Assembly: GCA_951406725.2 (NCBI GenBank)
Contig: OX597815.1
Coordinates: forward strand, 39,928,001 to 39,992,000
Reading direction: 5' to 3'
Length of the DNA stretch: 64,000 nucleotides
Source: Octopus vulgaris
Lineage: Eukaryota
Each line of letters starts with the position of its first letter. Position 1 is the stretch's first letter. Below are positions 51,043-64,000 of the stretch, piece after piece. The position numbers were made by a program, and so were the translations under genes. The notes under the pieces are model-generated. The model saw nothing but the letters and a program-made list of their open reading frames with translations, was not told the DNA's origin and did not search any database.

Positions 51043-51289
51043 AAATATTCATAAATATTACATCACCTTTTATTGTTTGCTTGAGAAAATCATTAGATGC
51101 AGGCCATATATTAGAATGTTTCCAATCAAGTTTAGCAAGAATAAGTCAACAGCAAAAATAAGTCACTTACTATAAACTTCCGACTATTATCATGCACCTT
51201 TCATATCATTAAAATAGCTGAAGTGGTAGTGATATCAAGAACATATTAGATTTCGGACAACAATTATCTCCCACATGCCAAACAATATA

Positions 51290-52400
51290 AGTTTCAGGTG
51301 GCAAAGACTGCTTATCACAGTTTCTACACTCTAACGCAGGATTGAAACATGGTTGTCATATACCTTAACTTCAATAAATCCTTCGATAGTGTCAATATAA
51401 GCATTTTACGGCAAAGCTATCCAGCAATGGAATCCATGAAAAAAAAAAAACTGCACTAATGCAGAACTCAACATGTGATCAATGAATTTCACACAGCCCC
51501 AGCAACAGTCATTTGTGTTACCCAAAATGGGATCTTTTCGGTTTGAACGGCAGTTTTTAAAATAATTTGTAGGTTACTAAAAAGTTTTAAACTTCGAATA
51601 CTTGTAGAATGTGTTTATAAAACATATTTTTCTCTTGGCTTTATTGAGAAAATTCTATAGTTTGTAAGATATTTGTTGTTTTTTCTTCAATTTCTGCAAT
51701 TTCAACCAATCGATGACGTCCATTGAGTTAAAAAGCATTCTGTGTCGTATGAATATGTCCCTCGTTTAAGAAACAGATTGGGTTTATTTACATTTGTGAA
51801 GAAAAAAAGATACCCTTCCCCCACCCCTAACCCTAACCCTAAAAGAAAGTGAAATACAATAGATCGATTCTAGGGTCATAATTATGGGTGACAATTTCAT
51901 ATGACACTGCTAGAAAAAACTGACGTTCAAACCGAAAAGATCCCCCAAAATGTACTATATTGAGCCAACCACTTTTTGAAATTTACATAAACATTACAAA
52001 TGCCATTTAATTCAGCGGAATCAGATTTTCCACGAAGGATTCTAAGTTATCAACGGAGTAGAAGATGAGATAAAACTCCAGTCTGACTTATATACTGTAA
52101 TCCATAACATTATGCACTTTCACTTAAGGAAAGAGAATTTGCTTAAACAGCCGTACTTTCTCACTTCGAAAGAGGTTCTAACAATGCCAAAGGTGCAGGA
52201 GTAATTGCCGATGACAATCTCAACTGGAGACCACATATCAACAATAAACGTTGATATGGCTGGCAGGATGAGCTTTTAAAACGTCAAAACTTTCCGGTTG
52301 AGAGATCTAGATAAGTTATACTTAGGGTGAGCTACATATTGATAAAACCCTCACTTATGAAGATTCTAAAAGGGTTCACAGGACCGAAAATGACTAGTTC
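51290..52400 (+). mobile_element. Decayed CR1-group RT interrupted by a MULE MITE
   Basis: VIYLNFNKSFDSV remnant; MITE splits the VPQG-like region; homolog at 45590-45935. Confidence 0.7.
51530..51943. mobile_element. MULE-type MITE
   Basis: GGATCTTTTCGGTTTGAACG TIRs; perfect 9-bp TSD CCCAAAATG; (CCCTAA)3. Confidence 0.93.
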
Positions 52401-52726
52401 GGCCGGTTAAGAAGAGACTCTTCTACAACTGCTTTTAACCACATATCTACTAAAGGCCACTCTGAAACTAACTTTCAAAAAATGCTGCAAGTTTTGAACG
52501 AAGAAGTTAAAAGTTCTGTAATAGTAGCGCTAAATTCTTAAGAAAGAATTAGATTCTTAAAGAAAGAATTAGATTTGTGAGGAAGACAAGACATTCAATC
52601 TTTGGTGATTTTCAAAAAAAATTTTTTTTTTAAAGTTAACAAAACCACTTATGTAAAATATACTTTATTGTTTTGTATTGTTTAAAAATTACTTATACAT
52701 ATACAAATAAATACATACATAAATAT

Positions 52727-52990
52727 ATACCTACATATATGTGTGTGTGCATGTCAGTGAGTGTGTTTACATATATCCATATATACATGTGATATGTATG
52801 TATGTATATATAAACACATATATGCGGGCGTAAACCATTTTAATGGCGGTGCCCCAGCATGGCCACAGCTCGTGAGCTGAGACTAGATAAAATAAAAATT
52901 AAAAATAAATAAATAGGATATACACATACCTACATATATGTGTGTGTGCATGTCAGTGAGTGTGTTTACATATATCCATATATACATGTG
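52727..52990. repeat. Identical 65-bp direct repeats flanking a SINE tail
   Basis: 52727-52791 = 52926-52990. Confidence 0.9.
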
Positions 52991-52992
52991 TT

Positions 52993-53044
<52 letters not shown>

Positions 53045-53157
53045 ATCTGTAAAATAATATGTGACAATTATTCACATATTATTTCACAGATAAATTTCCT
53101 CTATTTACATAACATTGAGGTCTCTTTCTTTCTTTTGTTATCTTACCGTCGTTTTTA

Positions 53158-53209
<52 letters not shown>

Positions 53210-53390
53210 ATCCAAACAAGAAAGCACAAAAAAACACAACAACGCGAGGACGTGGAACAAATATAGTATTATTGGACGCTCAGGAAAGAAGGAAAGAAGG
53301 AAGGTTTAACGTCGGAAACATAGGAGAAGGAAAGATCCAGAGAATGGAAGACAGAGGGAAAAAAATCGCCAACGGTACACACGCGGTCAC

Positions 53391-53423
<33 letters not shown>

Positions 53424-53809
53424 TGTATGTATGTATGTATGTATGTATGTATGTATGTATGTATGTATGTATAAACACACACATCTATATATATATTATA
53501 TTGGATATACACATATATATATACTATACATATGTATATATGTATATATATTCATATATATATATCATATATGTATATAAACTTAGATAAACTTAGATAT
53601 GTTTCCATCAAAGATTGGTCCAGGCCATGCGTAACTTTACAGCACCACCTGATAGGATTATCTAAATCATGTTTAAGTCAAGTTTTGTTTATGGTCCATA
53701 TATATGCATATATGGGTACAGGACGTCACCAACTGTGTAAACAACATGAAAAACGCAGACAAACGAGTTAAATACGTAAACAATGAGAGAAAAAATGGGT
53801 GGGGGGAAC

Positions 53810-54029
53810 AAACACAGACACACAAACACACACACATATATATATATATATTCATATACGTATACATATATACGACGGGCTTCTTTCAGTTTCCGTCTAC
53901 CAAATCTACTCACAAGGCTTTGGTCGATCCGAGGCTATAGTAGAAGACATTTGACCAAGTTGCCACGCAGTTGGACTGAACCCAGAACCTTGTGGTTGAT
54001 AAGCAAGCTACTTACCATATATATATATA

Positions 54030-54094
<65 letters not shown>

Positions 54095-54360
54095 TACATA
54101 CATACATACATACATACATACATACATACATACATACATACATACATACATACATACATGTATTTGTGTGTCTGTGTTTCTCCCCCATCGCTTGACAACC
54201 GATGCTGGTGTGTTTACGTCTCCGTAACTTAGCGGTTCGGCAAAATGGTCCGATAGACTAAGTACTAGGCTTATAAAAAATAAGCCCTGGGTTCAATTTG
54301 TTCGACTAAAGGCGGTGCTCCAGCATGGCTGCAGTTAAATGGCCGAAAGAAATAAAAGAA
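53810..54360. mobile_element. SINE family B pieces: 5' half on - (53810-54015), 3' half on + (54165-54360)
   Basis: Direct matches to 28270-28702 in opposite orientations, separated by microsatellites. Confidence 0.8.
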
Positions 54361-54843
54361 TCTGTATAAACATATAAATACATATTATGCTCGTGCACAC
54401 AGACGTACACGAAGCTGTGTACATTCCTAATAGCAAAACATAGTCGTCAATAGCATTTGATGGCAAACACACGTATATCTTGGCAACACAGTCCTTCCTA
54501 GCTTCGGAATCCTTACTACAAACTATTGGTTGTAAGACATCGAAATGACTGCTTGTCAGAACGAGTAGTATTAACTGTTACGCTGTCCATTCAAATATGC
54601 TGTAGTGTGCGAACACACACACACACACACACACGCGCGCGCGTGCGCTGACACGCACGTAAGCACACACACACACACATGCGCGCAAATACACGCAGAA
54701 ATACACTGTCAACCGCCGCACATATACTCAAAGACACGCACACACATAAATACAGAGACACACTGCCAGCCACCACACAGGCGTAACTCACATTAACCCA
54801 CACACTGTTTAATTTATATACATTATATATATACACACACATA

Positions 54844-54885
<42 letters not shown>

Positions 54886-55020
54886 GTGTGTATGTATATG
54901 TACATTGAATATATATTTTATGTATATATAGAATAATTCTTTTTACCATATATAATATAGATAGAGAAAGAGAGATACATACATTCATTCATTCATACAT
55001 ACATACACACATACATACAT

Positions 55021-55051
<31 letters not shown>

Positions 55052-55245
55052 TACACACACACATACATACATATATACATACATACATACATACATACAT
55101 ACACACACACATACACACACACATACATACACACATACATACATACATACATACATACATACACACACACATACATACATACATACATACATACATACAT
55201 ACATACACATACACACATACACATACACACACATACATACATACA

Positions 55246-55278
<33 letters not shown>

Positions 55279-55829
55279 GCATGTACATACGCACAGATAC
55301 ACACACACATACCCTCTCGCTCGCTCGCTCGCTCGTTCGTACGATAATGTAGCTCCACTACTATTAAACTTCAACTTAACTCTCTTCACTTCAGACAACC
55401 AAGTATTTGGTCCAAAATCTCTCTTCTGTTATTTACACAAAATACTGCTGGATATCTTTTTTTCATGGAATGAGAAAGAAAATATTTGCGGTAAGAGAAA
55501 ATATACTTTTTATATCTATTACCTTGAGTGAATAAGTTTTGCTTTGCTTTGTGTTTATGAGGTTTTTCGGTTTTTTTTTTCTTTTCTTTTCTTCAGTTTT
55601 AGTATTGTTCTGAAAATCCTTAATCTTAATTAATGAAAGTATTTTTTAGAAATGTTTATTCTGTCGTTATTGCTGTTGTCATCACTAGTGTGGTGCAAAC
55701 TTAGCTTTCATTCTTCTGTAATTTTAAAGTACCCGTCAAATACTGAATCAAATTTCAAACGATGCTTTCAGACCACTAAAATATATGAGAGTGCCCAATG
55801 TTAAAGCTAATTTCTAATTTCTTTCAAAT

Positions 55830-56025
55830 TTTGGCACAAGGCCAGCAATTCTGTAGGGCGGGGGCTAGTCGATTACATCGATCCCAGTTTTTAACTGGTA
55901 CTTACTTTAATGCGCCCAAAAGGTTGAAAGGCAGACACCGACGCAGTTTTAACATAGAACATAAAACCCGAAAAAATATCACTAAACATTTCGTTCGTCT
56001 AACGATTCTGCCATTTCACTGCCTT
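55830..56025 (-). mobile_element. SINE family A, diverged
   Basis: GGCACAAGGCCAGCAATT..GTCGATTACATCGATCCCAGT..TAACGATTCTGCC. Confidence 0.75.
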
Positions 56026-56629
56026 TGTTTAAAGTATAATAATGTTATGATGATGTCTCTGTTCTCAGCTTGGTAAAATAATCACTGGAATCAAATAATT
56101 CAGTTACACGCTCATCCCAAAATATAAGGGATGTTGCCAAAGTTAAGCAACAAGCCACCTATTTTTTTTTAATACAAATTCTACCGAAGCAAACTTTCCT
56201 ACTCATCCCTCTAGGGTCGATAACGTACCAGTGAAGTCCTGGCGTCAATTCTAACGACTATATCTATTTAAAAGTAAGTTTTTAATTATTTTGGGGCCAT
56301 TTAGCGATATCTGTTATCCAATTCTAAGAACTTTCTATGTTCAAATCCTGTTGGGACCGCCTTTGGTTTATGTCCTGGAGTCGATAAAATAAGTAGCATC
56401 AGTCAAGGACCGAGGCATACAGAGTTTTCGTGAGAATGTTAACAATATTTCTAAATATTATTCAATTATTATTACGAGAAGTCCTAGGAGGTCTCGTTCT
56501 TTTGGTGAATTTTGTTGTTATAATCGATTGTTTTTCGTTGTTTACACGACCTCCCTGGAACCCCACATTCTATTGTCTTGTGTTGTCCACAATGTTTTTT
56601 AATGTAAACTGTTTGTGGTTGATAAAGAA

Positions 56630-56679
<50 letters not shown>

Positions 56680-56689
56680 TATTATTATT

Positions 56690-57052
56690 GAGTGAGAGAG
56701 CAGTGCATGCCATCAAAGTGACACTGGGGTAAAATATACGAAGCCCAGTATACCCATCATGACTACCCGTCTGATAAGGGTACACTAGGCACATACATCA
56801 CAACCATATGCGCGCAACGTGGTGATCTCATATCAAGATAAACAGCGCATGACCTCGAAAGGTCCCTGAATAAGGGTTGTTTAAAGATGTTGAACGAAAC
56901 ACCCATGTTTCCAGAGGTGAATTATTCAGACCCCAAAGAATCCCTCTCAACACATGGCTATGATGCTCCCCTACTACTTTTGCTCGTGATTAGGGATGCA
57001 CAAACAACTAACAAGCAAATCAGTGGTATTGAGCAGAATATTTGCTGTAGCC

Positions 57053-57055
<3 letters not shown>
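56690..57055. mobile_element. Internally deleted copy of the (TTA)n-flanked element
   Basis: Matches 24695-25155 with internal deletions; (TTA)n on both sides. Confidence 0.88.
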
Positions 57056-57100
<45 letters not shown>

Positions 57101-57126
57101 TACTATTATTATTATTATCATTATTG

Positions 57127-57339
57127 AGGCGGCGTGCTGATAGAATCGTTACTTCGCCGGGTGAAATGCTTAGCGGCATTTCGTCAGCTTTGACGTTCTG
57201 AGTTCAAAATCCGCAGAGGTCGACTTTGCTTTTCAACCTTTCGGGGTCGGTGAATTAAGTACTAGTGAAACCCTGGGGTCGATGTAATCGACTAGTCCCC
57301 TCCCTCAAAGTTTCAGCCCTTGTGTCTATAGTAGAAAGG

Positions 57340-57374
<35 letters not shown>

Positions 57375-58170
57375 CATTATTAAGGTGGCGAGTTGGCACC
57401 TTTGTAATCAGCTTATCCCCTCCCACAAAATTGCTGGCCTTCTATCAAAATTTGAAACCATTATTAATGTGTCGAGTTGGCAGAATTATTAGCACGCCGG
57501 ACAAAATGCTTCGCGCATTTCGCCTATCTTTATGTTCTGAGTTCAAATTCTGCCCTAGTCTTCTTTGCCTTTCATTCTTTCGGTGGTTGATAAAATAAGA
57601 ACTAGTCAAATGCTGGGGACGATGTAATTAACTCACTCTCTTCCACCACCACCACCACCACCCAAAAAAAAAATTAAGCCTTTTGCCTATAATAGACAGG
57701 ATCATCGTCGTCATCATCATCATCATATCATGAAATTCAAGGTGGCGAGTTGGCAGAATTCTTCGCGACCGGACAAAAAGGTCAGCTGCTTTCGCGTATC
57801 TTTACCTTCTGAGTTCAGATTCCAACGTGGTTAATTTTGCCTTCCATCATTTTGAGGCCGATAATATAAGAACCAATCAAGTACTGAGATCGATGTAATC
57901 GACTTGCTCCCTACCCTGAAATTACTGGCCTTGTGCCAACATTTGAAGTAATTAATTAAGACGACAATTTGGCTGAATCGTTAGCACACCCAACAGAATG
58001 CTTAACGACATTTCGCCCGTCTTTATGTTCTAAGTTAACACTCCTCCAAGTACGACTTTACCTTTCGTCCTTCGGTGTCGATAAAATAAGTATCAGTCGA
58101 GCACAGGAATCAATGTAATCGATTATCCGCCTTCCCCAAAATTTCAGGCCTTGTGCTTATAATAGAAGAG
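57127..58170 (+). mobile_element. Head-to-tail cluster of ~5 SINE family A copies
   Basis: Heads near 57127, 57383, 57470, 57740 and 57958, each starting in the AT-rich tail of the previous copy. Confidence 0.85.
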
Positions 58171-58684
58171 ATTATTATCAGTGATGGAAAATAAGAAAAC
58201 CTTAGCGTACTGGTACTTAATTGTTGTGCTTAGTAACTTCAACTTCCATTCAGCAACCGAACTGCACCGTGATCGATTCTGCCCATTACCTTAGTGCATG
58301 TAATATACAGCAATCGTCACTGACTGTGTCATCCCAAATAACAGTGAGTTAAGGCATTAACAGCTTACGTAGCGTACAAGACTAAATACTTACCAGTTTC
58401 TCGTTGCATACCTACACGTTCTGAGTTCAAGTCTGGCAGAAATTGACTGCTATCTCTTTGCTATCGACGAAATCAGCAATTAGGCTAATTGGTAAGGTCT
58501 GTTCAGCTTGGTACACTTTCTTTACCCAGCGAAAATTTACTTTGTGCCCTAGGAAGTATTATTTACTTGGATATAGCAGACAATTTTTCGGAAATGATCA
58601 GTATCAGACTAAATGACTGAAAATTCTACATTCTGTGTTCTGCTTGCCCCAGCGTTGACTTCGCTTTACACACACTCACACACA

Positions 58685-58754
<70 letters not shown>

Positions 58755-58762
58755 CACACACA

Positions 58763-59583
58763 TAGGGTGCAATGGGTAAATTGTCGCCATTTTATATTTT
58801 TAATTTCGCGTATGCGCATTGTTTGTTTGTTTTTTTATTTTGTCGACTACACAGTAAAATAGGGTCAGTTGGGCACTCTGCTAGAAATTTGGAAACGACA
58901 TGCTGTACTGCTTGGCATTCGCGCCGGAAGCTTCAGTACAAACATTTCAGAGTGTTTGGGTGTCAATCTGAGGACAAGTACCGAGAGTGATGAAAATCAA
59001 ACATCCAATCAACATCATGCTGTTTGGAGTGATCACTAGTGATGGCGACGTTATGCCTCCATTCATGTTCCAACACGGCCTCACACTCAACACAGAGGTC
59101 TACATTTGGTGCCTGAAGGAGGTAATACTTCCCTCGGTCGAAAGGGTGACTGCTGGAAAACCCTATGGCTAGCAACAGGACTCTGCACCATGCCACACAA
59201 GCAGGAGAACCCAATCATAGACGTCGGACAATTTCTGCCACCACGTCACCTCTAACATCTGGCCACCTAACTCCCCAGACTGCAACCCCCTTCATTATTA
59301 TGTGTGGGGCGCAGTTGAGCGACAGACCAACGAAATTCCTTGTAACACCAAAGATGAACTGAAAGCAAGGATTATGGCAGCATTCACCAACTTAGACAAG
59401 GAGACCGTCCAGAAGAATTGCAGGAGGCCGTGGTTGAAGCCAGTGGCGATTTTATTGAATAAATTTAATCTTTAGTATTTCAAGATATTTTTATGTAATT
59501 TTGGTAAATATATCTGTTAAAATGAGATGTCAGTATTATTTTCATTTTTACGTAATTTAGACAACAATATATTTACCGCACCC

Positions 59584-59587
<4 letters not shown>
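58763..59587 (+). mobile_element. Internally deleted maT (DD37D) Tc1/mariner-superfamily transposon
   Basis: KHPINIMLFGVITSDG..QQDSAPCH..WPPNSPDCNPL(H)YYVWG; 37 residues from second D to the decayed third D; short AGGGTGC/GCACCCT ends. Confidence 0.85.
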
Positions 59588-59638
<51 letters not shown>

Positions 59639-59707
59639 GAGAGTGTGTGTGTTTGTGTGTGTGTCTGTAAGAGAGAGTATGTGTCTATATACGTATGTGT
59701 GTATGTA

Positions 59708-59750
<43 letters not shown>

Positions 59751-59776
59751 ATAAGTATTTGTATATACGTGTATAC

Positions 59777-59825
<49 letters not shown>

Positions 59826-60022
59826 TATGTGTATGTACTTGTATATATATGTATGTATATACAAGCTTGTGTATATAAGTTTACTTTATACCGATATCAG
59901 TGAACAATAACGTCATCACCAACGAACTAGTAAACTGACCCACTACATATCTGACTGTTTGTCGTTTCTTTACCGCTAATTTATCCTTCGCTGATATATA
60001 CCTGCGAAACATGTAAACGCGT

Positions 60023-60076
<54 letters not shown>

Positions 60077-60655
60077 TATTATACATATATCCATATGTAT
60101 GTACGGATATACATATACTGTGAAGGTGCCTGGACTAGTAGTTAAGGTGTCAGGATCAAACTCAATTAAAAGGTCGTCTCTGAGCAAAGTAATTTCATTT
60201 TACGTTGATCTAATTACTTGAAAGTTAATTACAGCCGCTCTTTTTCTCTCCGTCCATCAAATACGAGATATTCCATTAAGCCGAGGATGGGGGTGCCTGG
60301 GAGGGTCTTATGTCGATTCGCATATTCATAGCTACCTAAAACACTTGACGAAAGCATGGTAGATACTATCAAGATATATTCACTTGCAGGTGACAGCTAC
60401 AGTACATATGTGAGTGTCTATGTGTATAACCCACATACACACAATCAGAAGTAGCTGCCGTTTTCCCGGATGCCTAGCGTGTGGAAACATTTTTTTTTTT
60501 AACATTTAGCAAGTTTTTCTGTACGTATGTAATTAGTATGTTTTTATGTAAATATATTATCTTATATTTTTATTATAATGCAGAAATTGCAAAAGTTAGG
60601 TTTTCTCATGTTTCTATTATATTTGAAGATTTTAAAACTGTTGATATGCATCACA

Positions 60656-61062
60656 GCATCTTTTCGGTTTGAACGGCAGTTTTTAACATAATTTCTAGGT
60701 AATTAAAAAATTTTAAACTTCGTATACTGGTAGAATGTGTTTATAAAACATCTTTTTCTCTTGGCTTTTTTGAGAAAATTCTATTGTTTGTAAGATATTT
60801 GTTGTTTTTTCTTCAATTTCTGCAATTTCAACCAATCAATGACCGTCTATTGAGGTGAAAACATTCTGTGCCGTATGAATATGTCCCTCGTTTAAGAAAT
60901 AGATTGGGTTTATTTACATTTCTGAAGAAAAAAAGATACCCTTCCCCCACCCCTAACCCTAAAACAGATTGAAATGCAATAGATCGATACTAGGGTCATA
61001 ATTATGGGTGACAATTTCATATGACACCGCTAGAAAAAACTGCCGTTCAAACCGAAAAAATC
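60656..61062. mobile_element. MULE-type MITE
   Basis: Same family as 43325 and 51530; perfect 9-bp TSD TGCATCACA. Confidence 0.93.
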
Positions 61063-61296
61063 TGCATCACATAAAACAGAAGCACCACTTCCAGGAATAG
61101 TTTTTATTCAACAAGAACTCGTGGGTAGAAAATATTTACTGTTCAACAGTTTGATGCTGTGATGAAAAAAAAAAGATACTTGTTTGACCCACAAATGAGC
61201 ATACAACATAGAGCTGACCATAAGAGAAATCTTTATCAGTTCGATTGAGGCAGCCTTGTACATATACTTATGTTAATATGCTCATACCAGGTCGAA

Positions 61297-61495
61297 GGCG
61301 GTGTGCTGGCAGAATCGCCGGAAAAAAAGAATGTTCAGCGGCATTTCGTCTGTTTTTACGTTCCGAGTTCAAATCCCGCCGAGGTTGACTTTACCTTTCA
61401 TCCTTTCCAAGTCGATAAAATAAGTACCAGTTGTATACTGGAGTCGATTTAATCAATTTATTCTTCCTCTAAAATTTTTGGTGTTGTATTTATGC
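61297..61495 (+). mobile_element. SINE family A
   Basis: GGCGGTGTGCTGGCAGAATCG..GAGTTCAAATCCCGCCGAGG..CCTTTCATCCTTTC. Confidence 0.85.
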
Positions 61496-63054
61496 TACAT
61501 ACTCAACGATAGAAGTTGCAACCAAATCACTCTCAGAGTACATATTTGAGTACAATAGTTCTTGATAAGCTACACTCAATTGACTACAGAGTTAGCCTGA
61601 AATTGCCAGAGGGCAAGGTGCAATTGAGAGCCTCAATCTAGCTGTAAGCTAAGGATTAATCTGATATAACCAGATTGATCAGCTTCAAAACTTATGTCCA
61701 AATCCTTTGCCAAAATAGCACAAATGGCTGTCATTGTGCACACGATGAGAATCATTTGTGCAAGGTTGAGTAGCTACTAAAAGGCAAATTTAGCAGTCTT
61801 ACTATGTGTGTAAGCAAACTTGCAGCAAGACCACTCCAACAGACATTTACTTGCGTGAACAAAGCCTTTGTTAAAATTAAGCAAATCAAAACTATTTTAC
61901 ATGTTCCAACAGAAGCGTCAAAGAAAATAATTTCACCTGAATCAAAATGATATCGATCGGTTGATCCTTCCTTAAGTTTATTTTTTTATTTGGAACCAAG
62001 AATGATTTATTTTGGTCGTCGAATGTCGTGACTAGGTATCTGAAGAATCACTTGATTAAAACCTGCAGCTGAAGTTCATAATGGAGCTGGCAGCCTACGT
62101 TGTACATGAAATTTGCTAACCAGGGATTATATAGCATTTTAAGTAGATTCACTGATTGATAGTATATAGTAGAAGGAAACTCTGGGTGTTATTGTTATTC
62201 TTGTGCTTGTCATGTTATCGCGGTGATATTCCAAAGTCACTGAGGATTAAGTGTATCGGCACGGAAACCGATAGTGAAGAACTTCATCTTACTTTAAAAA
62301 ATACAAGTCTGCAAACACTTTCAAAATTGCTCTATACTACATCATCGTCCCGAGAGACAATGTGAAATACTTCTCGTTATGTCGTACAGACATAATGGAA
62401 AACTGTTTTGAGGTTCTGAAATGAATTTGGCACATGAATATTGTGAAAGAGCTGTTTGAGAATTTAAAATTCCTCATTTATATATCATATTTCGAAAAGT
62501 TAATTCATGGTCTCCAATGCCACAGAAGACAGAAAAAAAAAATTCACGGTTAAAAGTGTATATATGGATATCAAATTATGCCTATTTAAAATGCTCTACC
62601 AGTATCTCTAACAATATCAGAATACAATATTTCACTCACAATATACACAGTATATTTTCGAAAACTGGTTATTACAATTCTTCGTTAAAAAAATACCTTC
62701 AAGAACATAGTACACTGTTCTAGGTATCTCATCGATTTACATATAAATTTATCTCCTAAAATATTCGAGTATTATGCTCAACAAATCAGGGTGTAAATTT
62801 TCATGAAATTTTTATATTATTAGATCGATGTCGTAAAATATAACAAAATTTTTGAAAAAGTATAAACAAATTTAAATATGAAAGAATAAATTTTCTTTCG
62901 TGAGGTTTGAAACCGTGTAGACATTTGGAAGATATGATTTTTAAATGTTGAGCTAAGATAATATTTTGTGCGTGAGTGCGTGCGTAACTAGAATTGTCAA
63001 TTCCGCGTACTCAAAGTAATCTGCAATTATGATTTCAAATGAACAAAGGTGTCT

Positions 63055-63106
<52 letters not shown>

Positions 63107-63174
63107 CGCATTATGTGATAGTTTTCACAACTTTATATCTTGAATTATTTAAGAACATGTATTTGTGTATTTAG

Positions 63175-63390
63175 ATTGGCAAATTGTTAGCATGTTAGAC
63201 AAAATACTTTGCGGCATTTATGTATGACTCTTCCCGTTCAAATTTCACCGAGATCAACTTTGCTTTTCATACTCTGAGGTTTCGTTAAACCTTCTGAGGA
63301 TAAAAAGCAAAGTACTGGAGTCGATGTAATGAAGTACTGGAGCCGATATAATCGACTTTCCCCTCCCACTAGATTTCTGAACTTGCGATA
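63175..63390 (+). mobile_element. SINE family A, diverged
   Basis: TTGTTAGCATG..GTTCAAATTTCACCGAGATCAACTTTGCTTTTCAT..GTACTGGAGTCGATGTAAT. Confidence 0.65.
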
Positions 63391-63482
63391 GAAGAGAAAA
63401 GGCACGTATGTAATCAATCGAATGTTTTGGTGCAATCACAGATTCATTGTTTTAATAATACTAGGCCTTTGTCTTGTGGGTG

Positions 63483-63554
<72 letters not shown>

Positions 63555-64000
63555 AACATGCAGTAGTTTATCTGTGGGGTGTTGTATTTTATTTCAGGTT
63601 CGATGCTTTCTTTTTCAGTAACCTGTGTTCTTATAGCTGTTGTTTAACAATAAATTAACTTTCGTGAAATAGAGATGTGATTAAAGTCATTCTAGCTTTG
63701 ACCATCTGTCTTCTTAAGAATATCGAGGATCACATCTTTTTTTGTTTTTTCAAACTGCATTACAGGGTATGGTTGAAAGGAATGCTAGTTCTACCTTTAT
63801 TTGGAGTCATTTGTGTATCGGGGAGATTTATTTCTACTCAGTGGAGTAGCTAGAGTGTGTGCCGCCAATGAGAGTCTTTGAGTTTGCCCACAACCCCATC
63901 TCGAGCCCCCAAACCTATACAGACTTATGCAGCCGACGCAACAGTGCTGCCCAGTCAGAGCTAACCGCTCTTTCGCTCCACCCACCCCACCCCAGCTACC

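Noticed and set aside
45590-52345. Inverted homologous segments ~6 kb apart as TIRs of a large element
   Set aside because: Both are diverged internal CR1 RT fragments with no TSD or terminal structure
53205-53390. Relative of the solo PLE repeat on the minus strand
   Set aside because: Ribozyme region appears internally deleted (TTTCCGACG|TTAAA), so no HHR can be called

Overview
AT-rich, microsatellite-dense eukaryotic non-coding DNA. The SINE families and repeat landscape suggest an octopus/cephalopod genome (inference). I found no credible host protein-coding gene; most ORF-track entries are (TA)n/(CA)n/(TATG)n/(TTA)n artefacts. The window is mostly nested, decayed transposons: Penelope-like elements (PLEs, one Neptune-type copy with RT + GIY-YIG), CR1, RTE, R4/Dong and CRE LINE pieces, Tc1 (DD34E), mariner, maT (DD37D), a hAT MITE, MULE-type MITEs with ~9-bp TSDs and internal CCCTAA, and >20 tRNA-derived SINE pieces. 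The main hidden layer, found by reading both strands, is 13 well-formed plus several degenerate type I hammerhead ribozyme (HHR) motifs from about 7 unrelated repeat families. They have palindromic stem III and recurrent non-canonical cores: U3-A8 covariation, U10.1-U11.1, an extra nucleotide after A9, and A6>U. They sit in PLE 3' ends, solo pLTR-like units and a 355-nt retrozyme-like tandem/inverted unit, mostly beside (TA)n. All structures were read by eye and no activity was tested.
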